A DNA stretch of 64,000 bases from Heterodontus francisci (Eukaryota): NCBI RefSeq assembly GCF_036365525.1, contig NC_090378.1, forward strand, positions 130,309,593 to 130,373,592, read 5' to 3'. Positions 52,801 through 64,000 of this stretch are shown here, piece after piece. Made by a program: the position numbers and the translations under genes. The stretch's first letter is position 1. Each line of letters starts with the position of its first letter. Under the pieces are notes generated by a model. The model ran no database searches, was not told where the DNA came from, and worked only from the letters and a program-made list of their open reading frames with translations.

Positions 52801-55397
52801 GCACCAGAGATCCAGCTCACCCGGTACTGGCACCCTAGACCCAGCTCACCCAGTACTGGCACCAGAGACCCAGCTCACCCAGTACTTGCACCCGAGACCC
52901 AGCTCACTCGGTACTGGCACCCGAGACCCAGCTCACCCAGGACTGGAACCCGAGACCCAGCTCACCCAGTAATGGCACCCGAGACCCAGATCTCCCAGTA
53001 CTGGCACCCGAGAACCAGCTCTCCCAGTACTGGCACCCAAACCCTGGCGCACTCGGTAATGGAACCCAAACCCCAGCTCACGCAGTGCTGGCACCCGAGA
53101 CCCAGCTCTCCCAGTACAGGCACCCAAACCCTGGCTCACCCAGTAATGGAACCCAAACCCCAGCTCACCCAGTACTGGCACCCAAACCCCAGCTCACCCA
53201 GTACTGGAACCCGAGACCCAGCTCACCCAGTACTGGCACCCGAGACCCAGCACACCCAGTACTGGCACCCAAACCCCAGCTCACCCAGTACTGGAACCCG
53301 AGACCCACCTCACCCAGTACTGGCACCCGAGACCCAGCTCACCCAGTACTGGCACGCAAATCCCAGCTCACCCAGTACTGGAACCCGAGACCCAGCTCAC
53401 CCAGTACTGGCATCCGAGACCCAGCTCACCCAGTACTGGCACCCAAGACCCAGCTCACCCAGTACTGGCATTCAAGACCCAGCTCACCCAGTACTGGCAC
53501 CCGAGACGCAGCACACCCGGTACTGGCACCCGAGACCCTGCTGACTCGGTACTGGCACCCGAGACCCAGCTCACCCGGTACTGGAACCTGAGACCCAGCT
53601 CACCCAGTACTGGCACCCAAGACCCAGCTCAACCAGTACTGGCACCCAAACCCCAGCTCACCCAGTACTGGAACCCGAGAACCAGCTCACCCAGTACTGG
53701 CACCCGAGACCCAGCTCACCCAGTACTGGCACCCAAACCCCAGCTCACCCAGTACTGGAACCCGAGACCCAGCTCACCAAGTACTGCCGCCCAAGACCCA
53801 GCTCACCCAGTACTGGCACCCAAACCCCAGCTCACCCGGTACTGGCACCCGAGACCAAGCTCACCCAGTACTGGCACCCAAACCCCACCACACTCGGTAC
53901 TGGCACCCGAGACCCAGCCCACTCGGTACTGGAACCCAAGACCCAGCTCACCCAGTACTGGCACTCGAGATACAGCCCACTCGGTACTGGAACCCAAGAC
54001 CCAGCTCACCCAGTACTGGCATCCAAGACCCAGCTCATCCGGTACTGGAACCCGAGGCACAGCTCACCCAGCACTGGCACCCAAACCCAGCTCACCCAGT
54101 ACTGGCACCCGAGACCCAGCACAATCAGTAATGGAACCCGAGACCCAGCTCATCCAGAACTGGCACCCAAGACCCACTCACCCAGTATTGGCACCCAAGA
54201 TCCAGCTCACCCAGTACTGGCACCCGAGACCCAGCTCACCCAGTACCAGCACCCGAGACGCAGCTCACCCAGTACTGGCACTCGAGACGCAGCTCACCCG
54301 GAACTGGCACCCGAGACCCAGCTCACTCGGTACAGGCACCCGAGACCCATTTCACCCGGTACTGGAACCCGCGACCCTGTTCACCCAGTACTGGCACCCA
54401 AACCTCAGCTCACCCCGTACTGGCACCCAAACCCCAGCTCACCCAGTACTGGCACCCAAACTCAAACTCACTCGGTACTGGGACCCAAGACCCAGCTCAC
54501 TCGTAACTGGAACCCAAGACCCAGCTCACCCAGTACAGGCATCCAAGACCCAGCTCACCCAGTACTGGCACCCAAACCCAGCTCACCCAGTACTGGCACC
54601 CGAGACCCAGCTCACCCAGTACTGGCACCGGAGACCCAGCTCACCCAGTACTGACAGCCAATCCCCAGCTCACCCAGTACTGGCACCCAAACCCCAGCTC
54701 ACCCAGTACTGGCACCCAAACCCCAGCTCACCCAGTGCTGGCAGCCAAACCCCAGCTCACCCAGTACTGGAACCCGAGACCCAGCTCACTCGGTACTGGC
54801 AGCCAATCCCCAGCTCACCCAGTACTGGCACCCAAACCCCAGCTCACCCAGTACTGGCACCCAAACCGCAGCTCACCCAGTGCTGGCAGCCAAACCCCAG
54901 CTCACCAGGTAATGGCACCCAAACCCCAGCTAACCCACTACTGGCACAGAAATCCCAGCTCATCCAGTACTGGCACCCGAGACCCAGCTCACCCAGTACT
55001 GGCACCCAAACCCCAGCTCACCCAGTACTGGCACCCAAACCTCAGCTCACCCAGTACTGGCACCCAAACCCCAGTTCACCCAGTCCTGGCACCCAAACCC
55101 CAGCTCACCCGGTACTAGAACCCGAGACCCAGCTCACTCGGTACTGGCACCCAAACCCCAGCTCACCCAGTATTGGCACCCAAACACCAGCTCACCCAGT
55201 ACTGGTACCCGCGACCCAGCTCACCCAGTACTGGCACCGAAACCCCAGCTCACCCAGTACTGGAACCTAAACCAGAGCTCACCCAGAACTGGCACCCAAA
55301 ACCCAGCTCACCCAGTACTGGCACCCAAACCCAGCTCATCCAGTGCTGGCACACAAGCCCCAGCTCACCCAGTACTGGCACCCAAACGCCAACTCAT

Positions 55398-55597
55398 CTA
55401 AAGTCCTTCAGGGAAGGAAATCTGCTGTCCTTACCTGGTCTGGCCTACATGTGACTCAAGATCCACTGCAATGTGGTCGACTCTTACATGCCCTCGAAAT
55501 GGCCTAGCAAGCCATTCAGTTCATGGGCAATTAGGGAGGGGCAATAAATGCTGGCCTGGCCTGCGATGCCCACATCCCATGAAGGAATAAAAAAAAA
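55398..55597 (+). mobile_element. Deu-domain SINE fragment, copy 3
   Basis: Same 200-bp fragment and junctions. Confidence 0.82.
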
Positions 55598-58500
55598 GTA
55601 CTGGCACCCAAACCGCAGTTCATCCAGTACTGGCACCCAAACCCCAGCGCACCCAGTATTGGCACCCAAACCGCAGCTCACGCAGTACTGGAACCCGAGA
55701 CCCAGCTAACCCAGTACTGGCACCCAAAACTCACCTCACCCAGCACTGGCACCTAAACCCCAGCTCACCCGGTACTGGCATCCGAGACCCACCTCATTCG
55801 GTACTGGCACCCGAGACCCACCTCACTCGGTACTGGCACCCAAGACCCAACTCACCCAGTACTGGCACCCAAGACCCAGCTCATCCAGTACTGGCACACA
55901 AACCCCAGCGCACCCGGTACTGGCACCCGAGACCCACCTCACGCGGTAATGGCACCCAAGACCCAGCCCACTCGGTACTGGAACCCGAGACCCAGCTCAC
56001 CCAGTACTGCCACCCAAGACCCAGCTCAACCAGTACTGGCACCCAAACCCCAGCTCACCCAGCACTGGAACCCGACAACCAGCTCACCCAGTACTGGCAC
56101 CCGAGACCCAGCTCACCCAGTACTGGCACCCAAAACCCACCTCACTCGGTACTGGCACCCGAGACCCAGCCCACTCGGTACTGGAACCCAAGACCCAGCT
56201 CACCCAGTACTGGCACTCGAGATACAGCCCACTCGGTACTGGAACCCAAGACCCAGCTCACCCAGTACTGGCATCCAAGACCCAGCTCACCCGGTACTGG
56301 AACCCGAGGCACAGCTCACCCAGCACTGGCACCCAAACCCAGCTCACCCAGTACTGGCACCCGAGACCCAGCTCAACCAGTAATGGAACCCAAGACCCAG
56401 CTCATCCAGTACTGGCACCCAAGACCCACTCACCCAGTATTGGCACCCAAGACCCAGCTCACCCAGTACTGGCACGCGAGACCCAGCTCACCCAGTACTG
56501 GCACTCGAGACGCAGCTCACCCGGAACTGGCAACCGAGACCCAGCTCACTCGGTACAGGCACCCGAGACCCATTTCACCCGGTACTGGAACCCGCGACCC
56601 TGTTCACCCAGTACTGGCACCCAAACCTCAGCTCACCCCGTACTGGCACCCAAACCCCAGCTCACCCAGTACTGGCACCCAAACTCAAACTCACTCGGTA
56701 CTGGGACCCAAGACCCAGCTCACTCGTAACTGGAACCCAAGACCCAGCTCACCCAGTACAGGCATCCAAGACCCAGCTCACCCGGTACTGGAACCCAAGG
56801 CCCAGCTCACCCAGTACTGGAACGCGAGACCCAACTAACCCAGTACTGGCACCCAAACCCCAGCTCACCCAGTACTGGCACCCAAACCTCAGCTCACCCA
56901 GTACTGGCACCCAAACCCCAGTTCACCCAGTCCTGGCACCCAAACCCCAGCTCACCCAGTACTAGAACCCGAGACCCAGCTCACTCGGTACTGGCACCCA
57001 AACCCCAGCTCACCCAGTATTGGCACTCAAACACCAGCTCACCCAGTACTGGAACCCGAGAGCCAGCTCACTCAGTACTGGCACCCAAACCCCAGCTCAC
57101 CCGGTACTGGCACCCGAGACCCAGCTCACCCAGTACTGGCACCCAAACCCCACCTCACTCGGTACTGGCACCCGAGACCCAGCCCACTCGGTACTGGAAC
57201 CCAAGACCCAGCTCACCCAGTACTGGCACTCGAGATACAGCCCACTCGGTACTGGAACCCAAGACCCAGCTCACCCAGTACTGGCATCCAAGACCCAGCT
57301 CACCCGGTACTGGAACCCGAGGCACAGCTCACCCAGCACTGGCACCCAAACCCAGCTCACCCAGAACTGGCACCCGAGACCCAGCTCAACCAGTAATGGA
57401 ACCCGAGACCCAGCTCATCCAGTACTGGCACCCAAGACCCACTCACCCAGTATTGGCACCCAAGACCCAGCTCACCCAGTACTGGCACCCGAGACCCAGC
57501 TCACCCAGTACTGGCACCCGAGACCCAGCTCACCCAGTACTGGCACCCGAGACCCAGCTCACCCACTACTGGCACTCGAGAAGCAGCTCACCCGGAACTG
57601 GCACCCGAGACCCAGCTCATTCGGTACAGGCACCCGAGACCCATTTCACCCGGTACTGGAACCCAAACCTCAGCTCACCCAGTACTGGCACCCAAACCCC
57701 AGCTCACCCAGTACTGGCACCCAAACTCAAACTCACTCGGTACTGGGACTCAAGAACCAGCTCACTCGGTACTGGAACCCAAGACCCAGCTCACCCAGGA
57801 CTGGGACCCGAGATCCAGCCCACTCAGTACTGGAACCCAAGACCCAGCTCACCCAGTACAGGCATCCAAGACCCAGCTCACCCGGTACTGGAACCCAAGG
57901 CCCAGCTCACACAGTACTGGCACCCTAACCCAGCTCACCCAGTACTGGCACCCGAGACCCAGCTCATCCAGTACTGGCACCCGAGACCCAGCTCACCCAG
58001 TACTGACAGCCAATCCCCAGCTCACCCAGCAATGGCACCCAAACCCCAGCTCACCCAGTACTGGCACCCAAACCCCAGCTCACCCAGTACTGGCACCCAA
58101 ACCCCAGCTCACCCGGTACTGGCACCCAAACCCGAGCTCACCCAGTACTGGAACCCGAGACCCAGCTCACTCGGTACTGGCAGCCAATCCCCAGCTCACC
58201 CAGTACTGGCACCCAAACCCCAGCTCACCCAGTACTGGCACCCAAACCACAGCTCACCCAGTGCTGGCACCCAAACCCCAGCTCACCAGGTAATGGCACC
58301 CAAACCCCAGCTAACCCACTACTGGCACAGAAATCCCAGCTCACCCAGTACTGGCACCCGAGACCCAGCTCACCCAGTACTGGCACCCAAACCCCAGCTC
58401 ACCCAGTACTGGAACGCGAGACCCAACTAACCCAGTACTGGCACCCAAACCCCAGCTCACCCAGTACTGGCACCCAAACCTCAGCTCACCCAGTATTGGC

Positions 58501-58923
58501 ACCCAAACCCCAGTTCACCCAGTCCTGGCACCCAAACCCCAGCTCACCCAGTACTGGAACCCGAGAGCCAGCTCACCCAGTACTAGAACCCGAGACCCAG
58601 CTCACTCGGTACTGGCACCCAAACCCCAGCTCACCCAGTATTGGCACCCAAACCCCAGCTCACCCAGTACTGGAACCCGAGAGCCAGCTCACCCAGTACT
58701 GGCACCCAAACCCCAGCTCACCCAGTACTGGTACCCGCGACCCAGCTCACCCAGTACTGGCACCGAAACCCCAGCTCACCCAGTACTGGAACCTAAACCC
58801 CAGCTGACCCAGAACTGGCACCCAGAACCCAGCTCACCCAGTACTGGCACCCAAACCCAGCTCATCCAGTGCTGGCACACAAGCCCCAGCTCACCCAGTA
58901 CTGGCACCCAAACCCCAACTCAT

Positions 58924-59123
58924 CTAATGTCCTTCAGGGAAGGAAATCTGCTGTCCTTACCTGGTCTGGCCTACATGTGACTCAAGATCCACTGCAATGT
59001 GGTCGACTCTTACATGCCCTCGAAATGGCCTAGCAAGCCATTCAGTTCATGGGCAATTAGGGATGGGCAATAAATGCTGGCCTGGCCTGCGATGCCCACA
59101 TCCCATGAAGGAATAAAAAAAAA
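58924..59123 (+). mobile_element. Deu-domain SINE fragment, copy 4
   Basis: Same 200-bp fragment and junctions. Confidence 0.82.
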
Positions 59124-62100
59124 GTACTGGCACCCAAACCGCAGCTCATCCAGTACTGGCACCCAAACCCCAGCGCACCCAGCATTGGCACCCAAACCGC
59201 AGCTCACCCAGTACTGGAACCCGAGACCCAGCTCACCCAGTACTGGCACCCAAAACTCACCTCACCCAGCACTGGCACCTAAACCCTAGCTCACCCGGTA
59301 CTGGCATCCGAGACCCACCTCACCCGGTACTGGCACCCGAGACCCACCTCACTCGGTACTGGCACCCGAGACCCAGCTCACCCGGTACTGGAACCTGAGA
59401 CCCAGCTCACCCAGTGCTGGCACCCGAGACCTAGCTCTCCCAGTACAGGCACCCAAACCCTGGCTCACCCGGTAATGGAACCCAAACCCCAGCTCACCCA
59501 GTACTGGCACCCAAACCCCAGCTCACCCAGTACTGGAACCCGAGACCCAGCTCACCCAGTACTGGCACCCAAACCCCAGCTCACCCAGTACTGGCACCCA
59601 AACCCCAGCTCACCCAGTACTGGAACCCGAGACCCACCTCACCCAGTACTGGCACCCGAGACCCAGCTCACCCATTACTGGCACGCAAACCCCAGTTCAC
59701 ACAGTACTGGAACCCGAGACCCAGCTCACCCAGTACTGGCATCCGAGACCCAGCTCACCCAGTACGGGCACCCAAGACCCAGCTCACCCGGTACTGGCAC
59801 CCGAGACCCTGCTGACTCGGTACTGGCACCCGAGACCCAGCTCACCCGGTACTGGAACCTGAGACCCAGCTCACCCTGTACTGGCACCCAAGACCCAGCT
59901 CAAACAGTACTGGCACCCAAACCCCAGCTCACCCAGTACTGGAACCCGAGAACCAGCTCACCCAGTACTGGCACCCGAGACCCAGCTCACCCAGTACTGG
60001 CACCCAAACCCCAGCTCACCCAGTACTGGAACCCGAGACCCAGCTCACCCAGTACTGGCACCCAAACCACACCTCACTCGGTACTGGCACCCGAGACCCA
60101 GCCCACTCGGTATTGGAACCCAAGACCCAGCTCACCCAGTACTGGCACTCGAGATACAGCCCACTCGGTACTGGAACCCAAGACCCAGCTCACCCAGTAC
60201 TGGCATCCAAGACCCAGCTCACCCGGTACTGGAACCCGAGGCACAGCTCACCCAGCACTGGCACCCAAACCCAGCTCATCCAGTACTGGCACCCGAGACC
60301 CAGCTCAACCAGTAATGGAACCCAAGACCCAGCTCATGCAGTACTGGCACCCAAGACCCAACTCACCCAGTATTGGCACCCAAGACCCAGCTCACCCAGT
60401 ACTGGCACCCGAGACCCAGCTCACCCAGTACTGGCACCCGAGACCCAGCTCACCCAGTACTGTCACGCGAGACGCAGCTCACCCGGAACTGGCACCCGAG
60501 TCCCAGCTCACTCGGTACAGGCACCCGAGACCCTTTTCACCCGGTACTGGAACCCGCGACCCTGAATGAAACAGTACTGGCAGCCGCGACCCAGCTCACC
60601 CAGTACTGGCACCCGATACCCAGCTCACCCGGTACTGGCACCCGAGACCCAGCTCACCCAGTACTGGAACTCGAGACCCAGCACACCCGGTACTGGCACC
60701 CAAACCCCAGCTCACCCAGCACTGGCACCAAACCCAGCTCACCCAGTACTGGCACCCAAACCTCTGCTCGCCCAGTACTGGCACCCAAACCCCAGCTCAC
60801 CCAGTACTGGCACCCAAACCCCAGCTCACGCGGTACAGGAACCCGAGACCCAGTTCACTCGGTACTGGCACCCAATCCCCAGTTCACCCAGTACTGGCAG
60901 GCAAACCGCAGCTCACCCACTACTGGCACCCAAACCCCAGCTCACCCCGTACTGGAACCCGAGACACAGCTCACCCAGTACTGGCACACAAACGCCAGCT
61001 CACCCAGTAGTGGAACCCAAGACCCAGCTCACCCAGTACTGGCACCCAAACCCCAGATCACCCAGTACTGGCACCCAAGACACAGCTCACCCAGTACTGG
61101 CACCCAAAACGCACCTCACCCAGCACTGGCACCTAAACCCCAGCTCACCCGGTACTGGCATCCGAGGCCCACCTCACTCGGTACTGGCACCCGAGACCCA
61201 GTTCACCCAATACTGGCACCCAGACCCCAGCTCAACCGGTACAGGCACCGGAGACCCACCTCACTCGGTACTGGCACCCGAGACCCAGCTCACCCAGTAC
61301 TGGCACCCAAGACCCAGCTCATCCAGTACTGGCACACAAACCCCAGCTCACCCGGTGCTGGCACCCGAGACCCATCTCACCCAGTACTGCCACCCGAGAC
61401 CCATCTCACCCAGTACTGGAATCCGAGACCCAGCTCACCCAGTACTGGCACCCAAGACCCATCTCACCCAGTACTGCCACCTGAGACCCACCTCACTCGG
61501 TACTGGCACCCAAGACCCAGCCCACTCGGTACTGGAACCCAAACCCCAGCTCACCCGGTACTGGCACCCGAGACCCAGCTCACCCAGTACTGGCACCCAA
61601 ACCCCACCTCACTCGGTACTGGCACCCGAGACCCAGCCCACTCGGTACTGGAACCCAAGACCCAGCTCACCCAGTACTGGCACTCGAGATACAGCCCACT
61701 CGGTACTGGAACCCAAGACCCAGCTCACCCAGTACTGGCATCCAAGACCCAGCTCACCCGGTACTGGAACCCGAGGCACAGCTCACCCAGCACTGGCACC
61801 CAAACCCAGCTCACCCAGAACTGGCACCCGAGACCCAGCTCAACCAGTAATGGAACCCGAGACCCAGCTCATCCAGTACTGGCACCCAAGACCCACTCAC
61901 CCAGTATTGGCACCCAAGACCCAGCTCACCCAGTACTGGCACCCGAGACCCAGCTCACCCAGTACTGGCACCCGAGACCCAGCTCACCCAGTACTGGCAC
62001 CCGAGACCCAGCTCACCCACTACTGGCACTCGAGAAGCAGCTCACCCGGAACTGGCACCCGAGACCCAGCTCATTCGGTACAGGCACCCGAGACCCATTT

Positions 62101-63377
62101 CACCCGGTACTGGAACCCAAACCTCAGCTCACCCAGTACTGGCACCCAAACCCCAGCTCACCCAGTACTGGCACCCAAACTCAAACTCACTCGGTACTGG
62201 GACTCAAGAACCAGCTCACTCGGTACTGGAACCCAAGACCCAGCTCACCCAGGACTGGGACCCGAGATCCAGCCCACTCAGTACTGGAACCCAAGACCCA
62301 GCTCACCCAGTACAGGCATCCAAGACCCAGCTCACCCGGTACTGGAACCCAAGGCCCAGCTCACACAGTACTGGCACCCTAACCCAGCTCACCCAGTACT
62401 GGCACCCGAGACCCAGCTCACCCAGTACTGGCACCCGAGACCCAGCTCACCCAGTACTGACAGCCAATCCCCAGCTCACCCAGCAATGGCACCCAAACCC
62501 CAGCTCACCCAGTACTGGCACCCAAACCCCAGCTCACCCAGTACTGGCACCCAAACCCCAGCTCACCCGGTACTGGCACCCAAACCCGAGCTCACCCAGT
62601 ACTGGAACCCGAGACCCAGCTCACTCGGTACTGGCAGCCAATCCCCAGCTCACCCAGTACTGGCACCCAAACCCCAGCTCACCCAGTACTGGCACCCAAA
62701 CCACAGCTCACCCAGTGCTGGCACCCAAACCCCAGCTCACCAGGTAATGGCACCCAAACCCCAGCTAACCCACTACTGGCACAGAAATCCCAGCTCACCC
62801 AGTACTGGCACCCGAGACCCAGCTCACCCAGTACTGGCACCCAAACCCCAGCTCACCCAGTACTGGAACGCGAGACCCAACTAACCCAGTACTGGCACCC
62901 AAACCCCAGCTCACCCAGTACTGGCACCCAAACCTCAGCTCACCCAGTATTGGCACCCAAACCCCAGTTCACCCAGTCCTGGCACCCAAACCCCAGCTCA
63001 CCCAGTACTGGAACCCGAGAGCCAGCTCACCCAGTACTAGAACCCGAGACCCAGCTCACTCGGTACTGGCACCCAAACCCCAGCTCACCCAGTATTGGCA
63101 CCCAAACCCCAGCTCACCCAGTACTGGAACCCGAGAGCCAGCTCACCCAGTACTGGCACCCAAACCCCAGCTCACCCAGTACTGGTACCCGCGACCCAGC
63201 TCACCCAGTACTGGCACCGAAACCCCAGCTCACCCAGTACTGGAACCTAAACCCCAGCTGACCCAGAACTGGCACCCAGAACCCAGCTCACCCAGTACTG
63301 GCACCCAAACCCAGCTCATCCAGTGCTGGCACACAAGCCCCAGCTCACCCAGTACTGGCACCCAAACCCCAACTCAT

Positions 63378-63577
63378 CTAATGTCCTTCAGGGAAGGAAA
63401 TCTGCTGTCCTTACCTGGTCTGGCCTACATGTGACTCAAGATCCACTGCAATGTGGTCGACTCTTACATGCCCTCGAAATGGCCTAGCAAGCCATTCAGT
63501 TCATGGGCAATTAGGGATGGGCAATAAATGCTGGCCTGGCCTGCGATGCCCACATCCCATGAAGGAATAAAAAAAAA
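63378..63577 (+). mobile_element. Deu-domain SINE fragment, copy 5
   Basis: Appears identical to copy 4, offset 4454. Confidence 0.82.
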
Positions 63578-64000
63578 GTACTGGCACCCAAACCGCAGCT
63601 CATCCAGTACTGGCACCCAAACCCCAGCGCACCCAGCATTGGCACCCAAACCGCAGCTCACCCAGTACTGGAACCCGAGACCCAGCTCACCCAGTACTGG
63701 CACCCAAAACTCACCTCACCCAGCACTGGCACCTAAACCCTAGCTCACCCGGTACTGGCATCCGAGACCCACCTCACCCGGTACTGGCACCCGAGACCCA
63801 CCTCACTCGGTACTGGCACCCGAGACCCAGCTCACCCGGTACTGGAACCTGAGACCCAGCTCACCCAGTGCTGGCACCCGAGACCTAGCTCTCCCAGTAC
63901 AGGCACCCAAACCCTGGCTCACCCGGTAATGGAACCCAAACCCCAGCTCACCCAGTACTGGCACCCAAACCCCAGCTCACCCAGTACTGGAACCCGAGAC

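Larger units (their letters stand above)
38300..64000. repeat. 29-bp satellite, consensus GACCCAGCTCACCCAGTACTGGCACCCGA, >800 copies, nested higher-order repeats, open at window end
   Basis: 29-nt period (57481, 57510); palindrome CCAGTACTGG in most units; block duplications at offsets 1218, 1624, 2898, 3071 and 4454. Confidence 0.98.

Noticed and set aside
38291-63743. Mucin/extensin-like PAHPVLAPETQLTQYWHPRPSSPSTGTRD ORFs up to 772 aa
   Set aside because: Stop-free 29-bp unit open in several frames at once; frequent 28-bp units shift frame; no frame conservation

Overview
Eukaryotic, repeat-dominated window. The HE1/V-SINE-like and Deu-domain SINEs plus CR1/L2/RTE LINEs point to a cartilaginous fish (shark or ray); this is inferred from repeat families only. 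The only host protein-coding sequence I can support is the first coding exon of a tenascin gene on the minus strand, most like tenascin-R (CDS 26196->25734, canonical splice sites). About 70% of the window is tandem repeat: a ~64-bp (GA)n-containing satellite (1-9.4 kb), a 17-bp satellite (12.8-21.2 kb), 31-, 58- and 88-bp minisatellites, and a >25-kb 29-bp satellite (38.3 kb to the end). The 29-bp array has amplified a single SINE insertion into five copies through higher-order duplication. Between the arrays lie nested retroelements: Gypsy and Copia relics, CR1, L2, SINEs, a palindrome-bearing MITE-like element, and a young near-full-length RTE LINE with a 32-bp target-site duplication and a hidden N-terminal frameshift. 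Nearly all long ORFs in the track are artefacts of stop-free satellite units. I see no solid evidence for a new enzymatic system; the notable points are satellite/TE architecture and a divergent tenascin head domain.
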